From the NCBI GenBank assembly GCA_964016885.1, contig OZ024742.1:251844001-251908000 (forward strand): a DNA stretch of 64,000 nt, read 5' to 3'. This DNA is from Eledone cirrhosa. Lineage: Eukaryota. Position numbers and translations under genes: made by a program. Below are positions 49,550 through 62,671 of the stretch, one piece after another. Under the pieces are notes generated by a model. It was not told where the DNA came from and ran no database searches. It worked only from the letters and a program-made list of their open reading frames with translations. Numbering within the stretch: position 1 is the stretch's first letter; each line of letters opens with the position of its first letter.

Positions 49550-50237
49550 TTAAATGGAAAAAATGAAATTTCATTTCTCACTCTTAGTACGGCTGATACT
49601 TAAATATAAGTATGTATACAGACGTACAGTAGTATGTATATACATACATACATGCACACATACATATATGTACGTATGGGTTTACCGAACATTTATTATA
49701 ATGCTCGGTTTGTTTGTAAACAAACAGCCCGAATTTTTAGCCGTACAGTGTTCGGCAACCATCGTTGCCTTTTTGTTCAACACTGAAAAGGAACAATGAA
49801 CTAGTTTCTAGCTTATTAGCTGTCATCAGCACCGTATACCTTCCTGTCAGTCGATTGAACGTTTGAAAGTATATACCTTCCTTATGCATATTAACGGCTG
49901 AGCAGCCTAATTTGCATATCGAGTGAGTTAGTCGGCCAGGCGTACCGAAAACAATAAATGGAAAAAATGAAATTTCATTTCTCACTCTTAGTACAGCTAA
50001 TAAGCTAGAAACTAGTTCATCGTTCCTTTTCAGTGTTGAACAAAAGGACAACGATGGTTGCCGAACACTGTACGGCTAAAAATTTGGGCTGTTTGTTTAC
50101 AAACAAACCGAGCATTATAATAAATGTTCGGTAAACCCATACGTACATATATGTATGTGTACATGTATGTATGTATATACATACTACTGTATGTCTGTAT
50201 ACATATATGTATGTACGTATACATACTTATATTTAAT
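49550..50237 (-). mobile_element. Fold-back insertion with a minimal hammerhead (49793-49835, minus strand)
   Basis: ~49600-49823 and ~49993-50235 are inverted repeats. Minus strand acggtg-CTGATGA-cagct aata agcta-GAAA-ctag-TT^-cattgt. ~40-bp direct repeat at 49552 and 49956. Confidence 0.72.
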
Positions 50238-51899
50238 TTAATTTAATTTAACTTGAACTTCAGAGTTAACTTCAGCTGTACACTTGCATTTTCTACTTAA
50301 GTATGACTATATGTAACCTCTTTCTCATAATTTATAGCACCATGGAGGCAAATAAGAGTATGTAATATGCTACCTATGCTTTTATCATCATATCATCTGC
50401 TCAGTATTGTGGCTGTTTGAGAGGTGCGTAAATCCAACGACCAGCAACATGTGGTCCTTTGAGTATTGTCCTGTTCAGACTAACTTTGGTTATATATCTC
50501 GAGTGCTTGGAATTGATTAATTAATTGATTAATTTTCCCCTCCCGTCACTTTTTAAATATACTCAGTCACTAGTAACCTACTTACTTTGGACCTCGCAGT
50601 AATATACTGGACTACCGGACTAGTTAAAAATAAACACACCTAATTTAGCCCTCAACGCAAGCGCACATATATAAGCATGAAATAGCTTCACAACCCCTTA
50701 TTCTTCCAATAATGTACTTTCATGAATCCTGGACATTAGAATTTAAAAAATAACTGCCTTTGTTATAATTTATTCAACATAAATTTAGTACATAGTGTTT
50801 GTAAGTTCTGGTAAACTTTATTCTTTTTGAAAATACTTTAATCTTATAATTCTCATTATTCTTGCAGCCTTACAACCTTTATAATTTTTTATATTTTTTT
50901 ATATCTATTTAAAACCCCTATTCTTGTCACTATTTATTTATTTCATTATCGTTATTATTTTTTTTTCTATTTTTAAATTTTACATAGCTCTGTTCTTCTT
51001 TAAATACTGTCATAGTAGACAGACGTGTCGGACTGACGTCCAATAGACTAATACTCTTTGATCTCTGAGGCAGAGAGGCACTGGGGGTAATTAATGAATA
51101 GTATTCTCTAGATCATATGTATCCCTGTTGACACTTGACAACCCCCACCTCCTCCACTATGCCTACCCGCCCACAAAGCTGGCATCAAGTGTCATTCGGC
51201 GGGGAGAGTCTGCTATTGATATAACACCAAATTAGCAGGCTGTCCCCGAATCAAATCAATCCACTATTTTCTATTTTCTCTCTTCTATTTTTTCTATCTC
51301 CTATCTTATGTTTGGGTTCAATGTAATCCTGTTACATAATTCTTCAAATAACGCCTGATGAAATCACCTAATCTTGCATCATAATCGGAAGATAGAGCTG
51401 GGCCATCAAAATATATATAGTGATTTCGCGGAATTAAAATTCTAAAGTAAATTTTCCAGTCTGGCCTTCTGTTGTATAAATGAATACTTTACTTCGTTCC
51501 TGCAACAGCCACTGGATACCACATCTACGATGGATGATTTGCATAACATTGAGTGCTTTAATTAATTTGTTGCACCATCGTTTACTAACCTGAACCACCG
51601 GTTCTACCCAATAGTAAACAGCCTAACATAAATGATATATATATAACCCATGCTAGCATGGAAAAATGGACGTAAAATGATGATGATGATGATGATGATA
51701 TATATATATATCAATACTTTCCCAAGCCAGGAGAGCCTGGTACACCCCCGTAATAACAGACGCCACCCACCCTACCACATGGCATAAGCAGTATATAAAT
51801 GCCTCCATTTTAGGCCACCAAGGAAATAAAGAAATTAAACTGGACAATTTAGTAAATTAAACAAAGTTGTGTAAAGAATCGAAATATATTATCACTTAC

Positions 51900-52128
51900 T
51901 TTAGATAAAATTTTTCATTTTGCTTTGGTGCTTGTGGTTCATTGTTTTTGTGTTGTTTAACGATTGCAGAATAGCCTCCTCGTTCGTTAAAAAACATTTG
52001 TAGATCTAGTTGTGATTTTTTGTTTTCTCTTTGGCTTACATTAGTTTGCTTTGATTTCTGTGAATTGTTGCTTTCTCTCTTTTGTTTAAATTCAGTTTGC
52101 AATTTGAAATACTCATCCAGTGACTTTA
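51900..52128 (-). CDS. HELZ2: HELZ2-like helicase, exon B
   Basis: Acceptor atattttcag|ta and donor TAAA|gtaagt. 229 nt encoding KSLDEYFKLQTEFKQ...NEKFYL. Phases (1 in, 2 out) match the flanking exons. Confidence 0.7.
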
Positions 52129-52244
52129 CTGAAAATATTACACAGTAATATATAGTGTAATAATGATTTTAAGAAAAGAAAATATTTTTCAGGATATGCC
52201 ATGAAAAGATTATGAGTCATTAATGATGAATAAAGAATACAAAT

Positions 52245-52670
52245 AATTGTTTTTACTTTAAGTACAAAGCCAGCAATTTGAAGGGGAGGGAAGAGTCAAT
52301 TAAATTGACCCCAGTGCATTATGGTGCTTTATTTTATCGACCCCATAAGGATGAAAGACAAAGCTAGGGCTGTAACTCTATGCTGCAAAGCAGGGTGTCT
52401 GGCACTCTACAGATATTGCCAATCCACCGCCCTAAGGAATACAAATAATGATTTCTAGTATATACACAAAGACAGTAATTTGGGAGGGGGGGGGCAATTA
52501 AATCGACCACAGTACGTTACTGGTACTTTATTTTATCAACCCCGTAAGGATGAAAGGCAAAGTTAACCTCAGCGGGATTTGAACCCAGACCATGAAGGAC
52601 TGTAACTCTATGCTGCAAAGCATGGTGTCCGACTATACCAACACTGCCAATCCACTGCCCTAAGGAATAC
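52245..52670 (-). mobile_element. Two tandem tRNA-derived SINE copies
   Basis: Both contain ttttatc(g/a)acccc.taaggatgaaag.caaag and end ctgccaatccac.gccctaaggaatacaaataatga. The second has the B box gggatttgaaccc. Confidence 0.7.
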
Positions 52671-53957
52671 AAATAATGAAAAAAAAATCATTATACAAAA
52701 AAAAACATTAAAATAAATGCATGTGTGTGAATATATTTATCATCATCATCATCATCATCTTCATTTAACATTTGTTTTCTCTGCTAGCAAAATGTGGGCA
52801 GGTTGTCAAAGACCAAGTCAGTACTTATCTGGAACTACTAGCCTCACAGTCAGGCAAGAGGTCACATTTTGCTTGCATACATCATTCTACAGAGTGCATC
52901 AGGTGCATTTTATCATGGCACTAACATTAGGGATGTGATGATGTCTTTGACACAACTGAAGAGACTTCTGCAGGTAAATATATATAGATAGGTAAATATA
53001 TAAATATATATATAAATGCAATTTTTTTTTCTTTTTGAATCAATCAACAAGATCCCAGATCTCACTCACTTACTGAGTGGGATTGAGCTCATCAAATCAC
53101 ACCAAGAAAACAATGTTTCCATTGGTATTTCCCTTGTTGTCTACATATGTTTAGCTTTTCAGCTACATTAAAGGTAGATGAATGAGGAAGTAGGGGTTAT
53201 AAATGTATATGAAATGAGACGGGGTGAGAGAGTAGAGGTGAGGTGAGAGTAGAATGGGAGTAGGAGTGGAGAAAATATTTCGAACAGAAGAAAAACAGAA
53301 GAAAAAAGAAAAAAGGAAGGAAAATAATTTTCAAATTTTAATTGAAGACTCCAGTTTCAATAGAAGATAGAGCCAGGCCCTCTCCGCGCAAGAAACCATT
53401 CTCAATACAAAACCACATTTTGGGAGCTTGGGACTGGGTGGCATTACTATGATGAGGGACAGGCCAGTCAGCCACACTGAACCTTACACACAGCAGCACA
53501 TATATATAAAGTGGTCATAAAAAAAAATAAAAAAAATAAAAAAATACATATATATAGTATAAAGTGTAGATTGTATGATGTATTTATATATATATAATGT
53601 GAAGTGTAGATTGTATGATGTGTGTATATATATATATATATATATGTGTGGGTGTCTGGGTGTGTGTGTGATTGTAAAGACCTGACCATTCTGTATACTT
53701 TAACACAGAATGTTAACACAGCCACTTAAAGAATTTCCTTTTTGTCTGCTTAGCATAATTGAAACTTGAAAAAAAAAAATATGCATATATATATATACAC
53801 ACATATATATATATATATATGTATATGTGTGTATATATATATATATATGTGTGTGTGTGTATGTGTGTATATATATGTATATATATGTATATATCTATGT
53901 ATATATATATATATATATGTAATTCCAAAGAAAAAGCAAAGGAAAAAAGAGTGCTCT

Positions 53958-54160
53958 ATGTATAGAACAGAGCTATTTAATTAGAAACTGAACAACACAA
54001 AATATAACTACTCCATTACCAAAGATTTCAGGGCCCTAGACATTATTAATATACATCTGATGAATGATCCAGACATATATTAATATTGTCTAGGTTCCAG
54101 AAACGTTTGGTAATGGAGTAGTTATATATTGTGTTGTTCACTTTCTAACTAAATATATAT
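53958..54160. repeat. Short inverted-repeat insertion with a degenerate hammerhead-like core
   Basis: ttagaaactgaacaacacaaaatataactactccattaccaaa pairs with tttggtaatggagtagttatatattgtgttgttcactttctaa. CTGATGA at 54057 and GAAAcgtt at 54100; stem I is poor. Confidence 0.5.
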
Positions 54161-54529
54161 ATATATATATGTGTGTGTGTATGTATGTATATATGTGTAT
54201 ATATATGAGTGTGTGTGATTGTAGACATCTGACCATTATTGCAGACCTCACCAATGAATACCCATTGTTTGCTTGGAATAAATGAACCTTAAAATTTCAG
54301 TGTGTTTCTGTTTGTCTATACGTACTTATATTGAATTTATTTCTGCCTCTGTATCACTATCTATTTTCTCTTGATATAGTTTTTTAAGATCCCCTTTCTT
54401 TAAATCCATCCACCAATGACCTCCACTCACCCCAATCACCACCCTCTCCTACCACCAGAAACTGTATAAATACCACCATATTACATTGACAGTCGGCTTT
54501 CCTTTCACTTATTATAGAGGTATTTTGCA

Positions 54530-55094
54530 AAGGAATTTACATCAAAGTGCACATTCTCTTAAAGCCAGGTTGGTTTTTTCAACAAGATAACGATCCAAAG
54601 CATACTGCAAAGCTAACACAATCTTGGTTAAGTACGAATGGAATAAATGTTCTAAAATGGCCAAGTCAGTCGCCAGATCTTAACCAGATCGAAAATTTGT
54701 GGAGAGAACTGAAACTCAGAATTTAAAAAAGGAAACCCCAAAATATCCTTGAACTAAAGAAAATTTGTTGTGAAGAATGGAAAAATATTAGCCAAGAAAC
54801 ATGCAAGAAGTTTGTAGGAGGCTACTCCAAACGCCTACAGGCTGTAATTAGCAACAAAGGTTACGCTACGAAATATTAAGAGATGATTTAATAAATGTGT
54901 TGTAAACTTTTGCGTTATAAAAATATTGATTTTTCTTCATGAGTTATTTCCTTGTTATTTTTTTAAAAAATATGATTGTATCATTAAATGCCTCATTATA
55001 TGTTCTATCAGTAGTTAAATTTTCATTACCCTAACTTTATTAAAAATACCTAAAACCGCATTTTTCCTAATGTGTTGTAAACTTTTGCGGGGCA

Positions 55095-55097
<3 letters not shown>
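54530..55097 (+). mobile_element. Tc1-family transposon 3' fragment with right TIR (IR/DR-like)
   Basis: [12 protein letters not shown]...[19 protein letters not shown]...C.KFV..YSKRLQAVISNKGYATKY*, with one internal stop. tgtgttgtaaacttttgcg is repeated at ~54896 and ~55071. Ends ...gcactg|TA. Confidence 0.85.
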
Positions 55098-55147
<50 letters not shown>

Positions 55148-55148
<1 letters not shown>

Positions 55149-57280
55149 CATCATCATCATCATCATCAACGTTTAACGTCCGTGTTCCACGCTTGCATGG
55201 GTTTGGACGGGGGTAGTCCCACTTGAGGCAAGAGTGATTGTCTTGCTCGCATAGGACTGTCTGGCAGGTTTTCTACAGTTGGATGCCCTTCCTAACACCA
55301 ACCACATTTACAGTGTGGGTCTGGGAGGTTTTTACCGTGTTGCCTACACGGCCACATTACAGCGTGGACTGTGTGTTTTTTTGTCGTGACACCTACACGA
55401 TCTCATTTGTTTCGGCCTGAATGGTGTGGAACCAACATAACTTTACATAGAAGGGGGCGGTGTGGATGGGGTGGGGGTGGTGGGACGGGGGTGTATTTTG
55501 TTAGAGATGCCTACTGACTGTAGTAGGTTTTACTATGTATTTAGGTAAGGCGGGTCTTCTCTATTACTGAGTACCGCCAAAGGTCTCGGTCCAGTGACAT
55601 TGTCTTGGAGAGGTGTAAGTGTGTGAGGTCGGAGTTTATCAGCTCGTCCCAGGTTTTTCTAGGTCTGCCTATTCCGTGGCAACCGTCTATCTTTATTGCC
55701 CTGCACTTTGTTATACAGCTATCGTCCTTCATGTGCATCACGTGTCCATACCAACGTAGCCTTCTCTCGAGTAAACAACATCTGATCCCTCTTATCTCTA
55801 ATTTTTTCCTTAGTTCGTTTATGCTTTGCCGTTCACGTATATTACTGTTACACATCCAGCGGAGCATGCAAGCTTCGTTCCTCTCTAGTCTGCGTATATC
55901 CTCTGCACACAATGCCCAGGTCTCACTGCCATGCAACATTGCTGTCCGTATGCAGGCATCATACAACCTGCCTTTCATTTTTAGGGAGAACCCTTTAGCG
56001 GCTAATAGTGGTGTAAGCTCTCTGAACTTTTTCCATCCAGTTCTGACTCTAGCTACTGTACTTTCAGAGCACCCTCCCCCACTGCTGATTTTGTCACCCA
56101 GGTAACGGAAGCTGTCCACTATTTCTATAGAGCCCTCTGCGCAGTTGAAAGAGCTAGTATTTTGTGGGCACTTGCTGCTACTTATTGCACCAGAGCACCG
56201 GCCACATGTGAAATCTATGTTCTTAGTTAGCTTACCTGTGATCCCACTACATCTTTTATGCACCCATACTTTGCATTTCTGACACAAAATGAAGTTTCTA
56301 CCTACGCCTTTCCTACACACTGAGCATGGCCACTTCCTGGAAGGGACCGCCGCCTTATTTTCTTTCCTACAAACTAGAACTTTGGTCTTAGCCAGGTTAA
56401 TTTTAAGGCCTTTTGATTCTAAGCCATGCTTCCATGTTTGGAATTTCTTCTCTAGCTCGGCCATTGATTCAGCTATGAGTGTTAGGTCGTCTGCGTATAG
56501 GAGTTCCCATGGGCAGCCGGTCTTGAACTCCTCTGTTATAGCCTGAAGGGCAATAATAAATAGTAGGGGGCTGAGAACAGAGCCCTGATGGACGCCAACT
56601 TTTACACTAAACTCTTCACTATATTCGTTGTTAATTCTAACCTTGCTGACTGTTTCTTTATACATGGCTTGTATAGCTCTCACAAGCCATTCGTCGACAC
56701 CTAGTTTTCTAAGAGCCCACCAGATAATGGAACGGGGGACTCTGTCGAAGGCTTTCTCCAAGTCGACAAAAGCTAAGTATAGGGGTTTACTTTTAGCTAG
56801 GTACTTCTCCTGTAGTTGTCGTACAATGAAAAGAGCGTCTGTGGTACTTTTGCCTGACACAAACCCGAACTGCATTTCATCTAGGTCAATTCTCTCTCTG
56901 ATTAGTTGCGCTATTACTTTTTCCGTGACCTTCATGACCTGGTCGATTAATTTAATGCCTCTATAGTTACTCCTATCTAGCGCATCTCCTTTACCCTTAT
57001 AACAGTTAACGATGATGTTGCTACGCCAGTCCTTCGGAACAACCCCATTCTGTATGACTTGGTTAACTATCCGGGTGACCATGGTGTGTCCCACCGTGCC
57101 AGATGCCTTCAGCATCTCAGCAACTATTTCTGAAGGCCCAGCTGCCTTACCCGTCTTCATATCCTTGATTGCCTTACTTATTGTACTACCCTCGACTGAC
57201 ACTGCTGGTCCCTCTATTGGGTCGATGTGGGGGAGACTGTCTTTCTCCCATTTATTCTCTTCATTTAGTAGCCTTTCATA
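55148..57280 (-). mobile_element. RTE LINE family A, 5'-truncated copy
   Basis: ORF 55541-57280 closely matches the C-terminal half of 12450-15620, with the same 3' UTR and (CAT)n. TA-rich flanks. Confidence 0.93.
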
Positions 57281-57287
57281 ATATATG

Positions 57288-57318
<31 letters not shown>

Positions 57319-57329
57319 GTATATAAATA

Positions 57330-57948
57330 AATAAAAACAATTTCCTTATATTGAAAAATTCATCCTTTTACAATCGTTTCTGGGATATATATGTGTTGGT
57401 AAGTATATCATGTTAAAGATCTATGTGAAAAAATTATAAATTATCAGAGGGATATACATACCTTCACATATACATACCATCTTCAGAAATAATGAAGTAT
57501 GTTTATTGAAAGTATTAATATAAAACGTCTGTTTGGGAACAGGTTTTGAATTGACCAATAGAAAAGAGTTAGAGGTCAAGTAGATAGAATAACAGTAGTT
57601 ATTTCAATAAACATACTTCATCATTTCTGAAGATGGCATGTATATGCGAAGGTATGTATATCTCCTCTGATAATTTGTAATTTTTTACATAGATCTTTAA
57701 CATGATATACATACCAACACACATATATATCCCAGAAATGATCGTAAAATGATGAATTTTTCAATATAAGGAACGTGTTCTTTGTTTTTATTTCATTGTT
57801 TTTATTAATTTATCTTGACTCTGTTTTCCTATGATTTTTATCGTTGATTTTTTAATGCATTTTCTCTCTTCATGATATCTTCTATATTTGGATTACATTG
57901 AGTTCTCCATACGGATTGGACACTACCGTTTATTTTGGTAGATTTATT

Positions 57949-57952
<4 letters not shown>
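57330..57952 (+). mobile_element. Fold-back Penelope pLTR-type insertion related to 31377-31890; hammerhead 57619-57754 (+) and inverted copy ~57358-57494 (-)
   Basis: catcattt-CTGAAGA-tggcatgtatatg...catatatatccca-GAAA-tgatcg-TA^-aaatgatg. Tail ggattacattgagttct...gtagattta shared with 31830-31885. Confidence 0.72.
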
Positions 57953-57983
<31 letters not shown>

Positions 57984-58134
57984 TATTCAAAATGTTAATA
58001 CATGAAAAATATTCTCATAATCAAAATATATATTTTATTATATATATTTCAAAGGTACAATGGTGTTTAAGTACGTTTTCATTAGACAAAATATATGATT
58101 TGATATGTGACATACCGCTACGGTTATATATACA

Positions 58135-58581
58135 TATAAAATAAAATAAAATAAAATAAATAAGTCAAATGTTTAAAATTTGGCTTTGTTTATTACTGCT
58201 ATATATATTTCGGTGACAGACATCTTTGGCTGTGACCTCTTCAGGCAGTCCGAATCATATGATTCCAGTTCCTCAGTGAAATAACAACCCAACCAGGAAC
58301 TGGGCATATCAGAGTATTGACAAAGTTATACACCTCAACAACATGTGTACTCGTCTCTACCACACTAATTCGGACTGCCTGAAGAGGTCACAGCCAAAGA
58401 TGTCTGTCACCGAAATATATATAGCAGTAATAAACGAAGCCAAATTTTAAACATTTGACTTATTTATTTTATTTTATTTTACATTACTCCGGAGTAACCA
58501 AACCAACCTGCGCACTTCGTCGAGTGCTCCAATCTGCATACTGAGGTGTTGGTATACAACCAACATATACTCAAAATATAT

Positions 58582-58582
<1 letters not shown>
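58135..58582 (+). mobile_element. Fold-back Penelope pLTR-type insertion; hammerhead 58374-58428 (+) and inverted copy ~58194-58248 (-)
   Basis: actgc-CTGAAGA-ggtcacag...ctgtcacc-GAAA-tatatata^-gcagt. Arms ~58141-58255 and ~58367-58480 are inverted repeats. Confidence 0.8.
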
Positions 58583-58647
<65 letters not shown>

Positions 58648-58669
58648 ATATATATACATATACATATGT

Positions 58670-58975
58670 ACACCCAATGCTTGGGCCCCGTGCTATCCGC
58701 CCATGACAAAAATCTCACTCTTATAACAACAATACAGCACAATTATTTCACCTCAATTGGCCCCACTCTCTTTAACATTACAATAAAACACATCAAAACA
58801 GAAACAGACCCCATCAATTTCAAGAAGTCTTTCGACAAATCCCGGATAAGCCTCCTACACCCAGATATGCCTCTGTAAACAATAACTTTCTGCTCAAGTG
58901 AGCCATGGTGCCCAAACCCTGATTTGTAAGACTTCGCCAGTCAATACTGGCCAATACCTATCAAAGTTATCAAAT
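58670..58975 (+). mobile_element. 3' relic of a CR1/L2-group-like LINE
   Basis: HNYFTSIGPTLFNI...FKKSFDK / IPDKPPTP...NN resembles the GP.LFN..P...FK..LD..IPD.P C-terminus of these LINEs. Confidence 0.45.
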
Positions 58976-59081
58976 TATATATACATATATGTATGTTTAT
59001 ATATATGTATATATATATATATACATATATATATATACATATAATATATATATATACATATGTATACATATATATATATAT

Positions 59082-61860
59082 CATGTAACGTAATGTACAT
59101 ATTTTTCTATCATCTCTACCTCCACACTTCTATTTTGTATCCAGTCCAAATATCCAATCTATTGCTAAAACAAATCTGCATTTTTTGTTATCATTAATTG
59201 TTAGATACGAGAGTTTTTGTCGTATTGAACAGAACAAATCTTGTATTTTTGTTAATCGCTTGTTAAATACAAGGACCTCATTCAATCATTACCTTCAATC
59301 CTTTCCTATCTCTTCTTCTTCTTATAAATTCCTTAATTCCTTAATTCTAGCGTATTTTCAAAACAAAACCCTTTTCCTTCTTTTGAAAACTCTAAACTCC
59401 CGCTTCTACTAGCCCTCGACCCCCCCCCCCTCTACTTCACGAGGGCATGGCGGTCAACCACCCCAATACCTACATCATGCGGCCAAACCTCTCTCTCTCT
59501 CTCCCTCCCCCTCTCTCTCTCTTAGCTCTCTATATATATATATATATATAAGATAGAAATCACTTCGCCAAATTTCATTGCATTGCTGTTCCCTCCACGG
59601 TATATCATGTAACGTAATGTACATATTTTTCTATCATCTCTACCTCCACACTTCTATTTCGTATCCAGTCCAAATATCCAATCTATTGCTAAAACAAATC
59701 TGCATTTTTTGTTATCATTAATTGTTAGATACGAGAGTTTTTGTCGTATTGAACAGAACAAATCTTGTATTTTTGTTAATCGCTTGTTAAATACAAGGAC
59801 CTCATTCAATCATTACCTTCTAGCTAGCTACCCAACACCCCGCCCCCACGCACCACCATTGTTATTACGTGGACCAATCATAAGCCAGAGCCCCCACGCA
59901 TCACCATTATTATTATTACGCGGACCAATCATAAGCCAGAGGCCTATACTATCGCTTGCCTGGTTGCCTTTCGATATATGATGGATGGATGGATGGATGG
60001 ACTGCGGAATCCTGGAGTGGAGGAGAGAGAAAAATCTGGACGCTCAGCGACAATGCCAAAGATAAAAACAAATTCACCTCGTGGACGAGAATGTGAGCAG
60101 TCCTCATTGTTTCGACCGCGGACGGCTAACATAACCCCATCGCCCCCAACCCCCAAACGCAATCCAAAACTTCAGAGTTGGTTCCATAAATGTAGGCACC
60201 CTAAAGGGTCGCGCTAACGAGGTTGTAGAAATGCTTGAACGTAAGGAGGTCGATGTTTGTTGTATTCAAGAGACCAGATGGAGGGGTGGGTCTGCTAGAT
60301 TCATTGAGGGTAAAAAACGATGTTATAAGCTTTTCTGGGCGGGAAACGACGATGGGCTGGGTGGAGTAGGAATCATGGTAGCAGAAAAATGGGCAGATAA
60401 GATAATAGACGTAAATAGAGTGAACGACAGAATAATTAAAATAAGACTTGTCCTCAATAGAACTACGGTGACAGTAATATCTGCGTACGCACCCCAATCC
60501 GGACTGCCCGGCACTATAAAAGACAGATTCTATGAGACACTGATGCTCACAACCTCCCAAATAACCGACAGTGACTATATAATTATCGCAGGCGACCTAA
60601 ATGGTCACGTTGGACAACATTGTGACGGCTACGACGAAATCCATGGAGGCTATGGGTTTGGTACTAGAAATGAGGAAGGCTCCAGAATCCTGGAATTCTG
60701 TGACGCAAATAACCTAACTATCTGTAACACTAACTTCAAAAAACGTGACAATCACCTGATCACCTATAGATCCGGGGAACACACAAGCCAGGTAGATTAT
60801 ATCCTTACCAGAAGACGTGACAGAGTGTCTGTTGTAAACACTAAATCCCTCCCCCATGAAGAATGCACCTCCCAACATAGACTGATAATTAGCGACCTCA
60901 TAGTCAGGACGAGACGTACTCGACAGCAGAAGAGGACTATCCTCAGGAGAAAAATATGGAAGCTAAAGGACCCCACAGCCAGAAATAAATTTCAAAGCAT
61001 ATTACTTGATGCTTTCGACAGTAAGGAAGAGCATTTAGAGTCGGACAATATAGAGGGACAGTGGGAATTTCTGAAAGCAAACCTGCTGATGGCGACAGAC
61101 GAAGTCTGTGGCTGGAGCAGGCCTGTAGGCAGGAGGAGAGTAACATGGTGGTGGAACAGTAGGGTGGAGGGGTCAATTAAGGCCAAAAAGCAGGCTTGGA
61201 AAGTATGGCGGGATGGGGGAAGTAGAGAAGACTATCAAGTGGCCAGGAGGGAGGCTAGGAGACAAGTGTACTTCGCAAGAAGGGAAGCAAAGGAAAGAAA
61301 GTTCAAGCATGTTCTACAACGCGAGGACCAAAAATGTGAGGTGTTCAGGATTGCTAGGCAATGTGTCAAGGAAAACCGTGATATTGTCGGGGAGAAGTGT
61401 GTACTTAATGATGACGGCGTACTTGCCATCACCGATGCTGATAAGAAGGTAGCTTGGAAGTGCCACTATGAAAGGCTACTAAATGAGGAGAATAAATGGG
61501 AGAAAGACAGTCTCCCCCACATCGACCCAATAGAGGGACCAGCAGTGTTAGTCGAGGGTAGTATAATAAGTAAGGCAATCAAGGATATGAAGACGGGTAA
61601 GGCGGCTGGGCCTTCGGAAATAGTTGCTGAGATGCTGAAGGCATCTGGCTCGGTGGGACATACCTTGGTCACCCGGATAGTTAACCAAGTCATACAGAAT
61701 GGGCTTGTTCCGAAGGACTGGCATAGCAGCATCATCGTTAACTGTTATAAGGGTAAAGGAGATGCCCTAGATAGGAGAAACTATAGAGGCATTAAACTAA
61801 TCGACCAGGTCATGAAGGTCACGGAAAAAGTAATAGCGCAACTAATCAGAGAGAGAATTG
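59082..61860 (+). mobile_element. RTE LINE family A variant with 5' monomer repeats, 3'-truncated
   Basis: ~524-bp monomer repeat (59082 and 59606) related to 10627-12222. Same 5' UTR; a small deletion near 60147 frameshifts the ORF start. Coding stops abruptly at 61860. Confidence 0.9.
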
Positions 61861-62530
61861 CACTTCTTCACACAGCAATCATCACATGTCCATACCAATG
61901 CAGTCTTCTCTCTTGCACACCACTTTGGATTCCTCTTAACCCAGCTTCTCCTCTGTTCAACAAAGCTCTGCCTTTCTCTCACATTTACATTGTACATTAA
62001 ACAAAGCATGGTTGGTTCATTTCTCTCTAGCCTCTGCAGTCACTACTATACAACACCGTACTTTGCACACAGTTATGATATAGCTGTCCTTTTGTACATA
62101 GGGAGAAACCTTTTGTTGTCAACAGTGGGAGTAGTTTTCCATCCTATCCTTATTCCAGCTATTATGCTCTCAGAACACCTTCCTGTGCTGCCAATTAAGC
62201 CATCTAGATAGCAGAAGCTATCAACCATCTCTGTGAATCCTTCATGCAATTGGATTACTGACACTCTTCCCCTTGATTTCCTCTGTGCATCTTTTACATA
62301 CAAATTCTTTCTTTTCTGTTAGGGTACCTGATATCCTACTTCCTCTTGTGTATCCAAGATTTATTGTGTATTTCATATAGTGTTTATTTCCACTCCTTTT
62401 CTACATAATGAGCAGGATCACTTCCCTGAGGGAATCAGGGTCCTATCTTCTTTCCTACTCACTAGCATTTTAGTTTTGGTCAAGTTTACTCTCAGACCTT
62501 TTGATTCCAAATTGTTTCCATCCACCTCAG
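61861..62530 (-). mobile_element. Degenerate RTE fragment of a related older family
   Basis: Minus strand LESKGLRVNLTKTKML...MVDSFCYL...CSESIIAGIRIGWK...RLHWYGHVM, with indels. Confidence 0.7.
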
Positions 62531-62671
62531 TACACACATACTAACTATTCTGTGCATGCGCGCACACACACACACATACTTCAGTATATACATAATAACT
62601 ATTCTGCATCCACATACAGAATCAAAATAATAAATACAAAGAAAATGAAACTGAAGTCAGTGAAAACATAC

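Noticed and set aside
51345-51430. Hammerhead at ctgatga...caaaatatatatagtg
   Set aside because: The GAAA core reads AAAA and the stems are weak; at best a dead pLTR relic.
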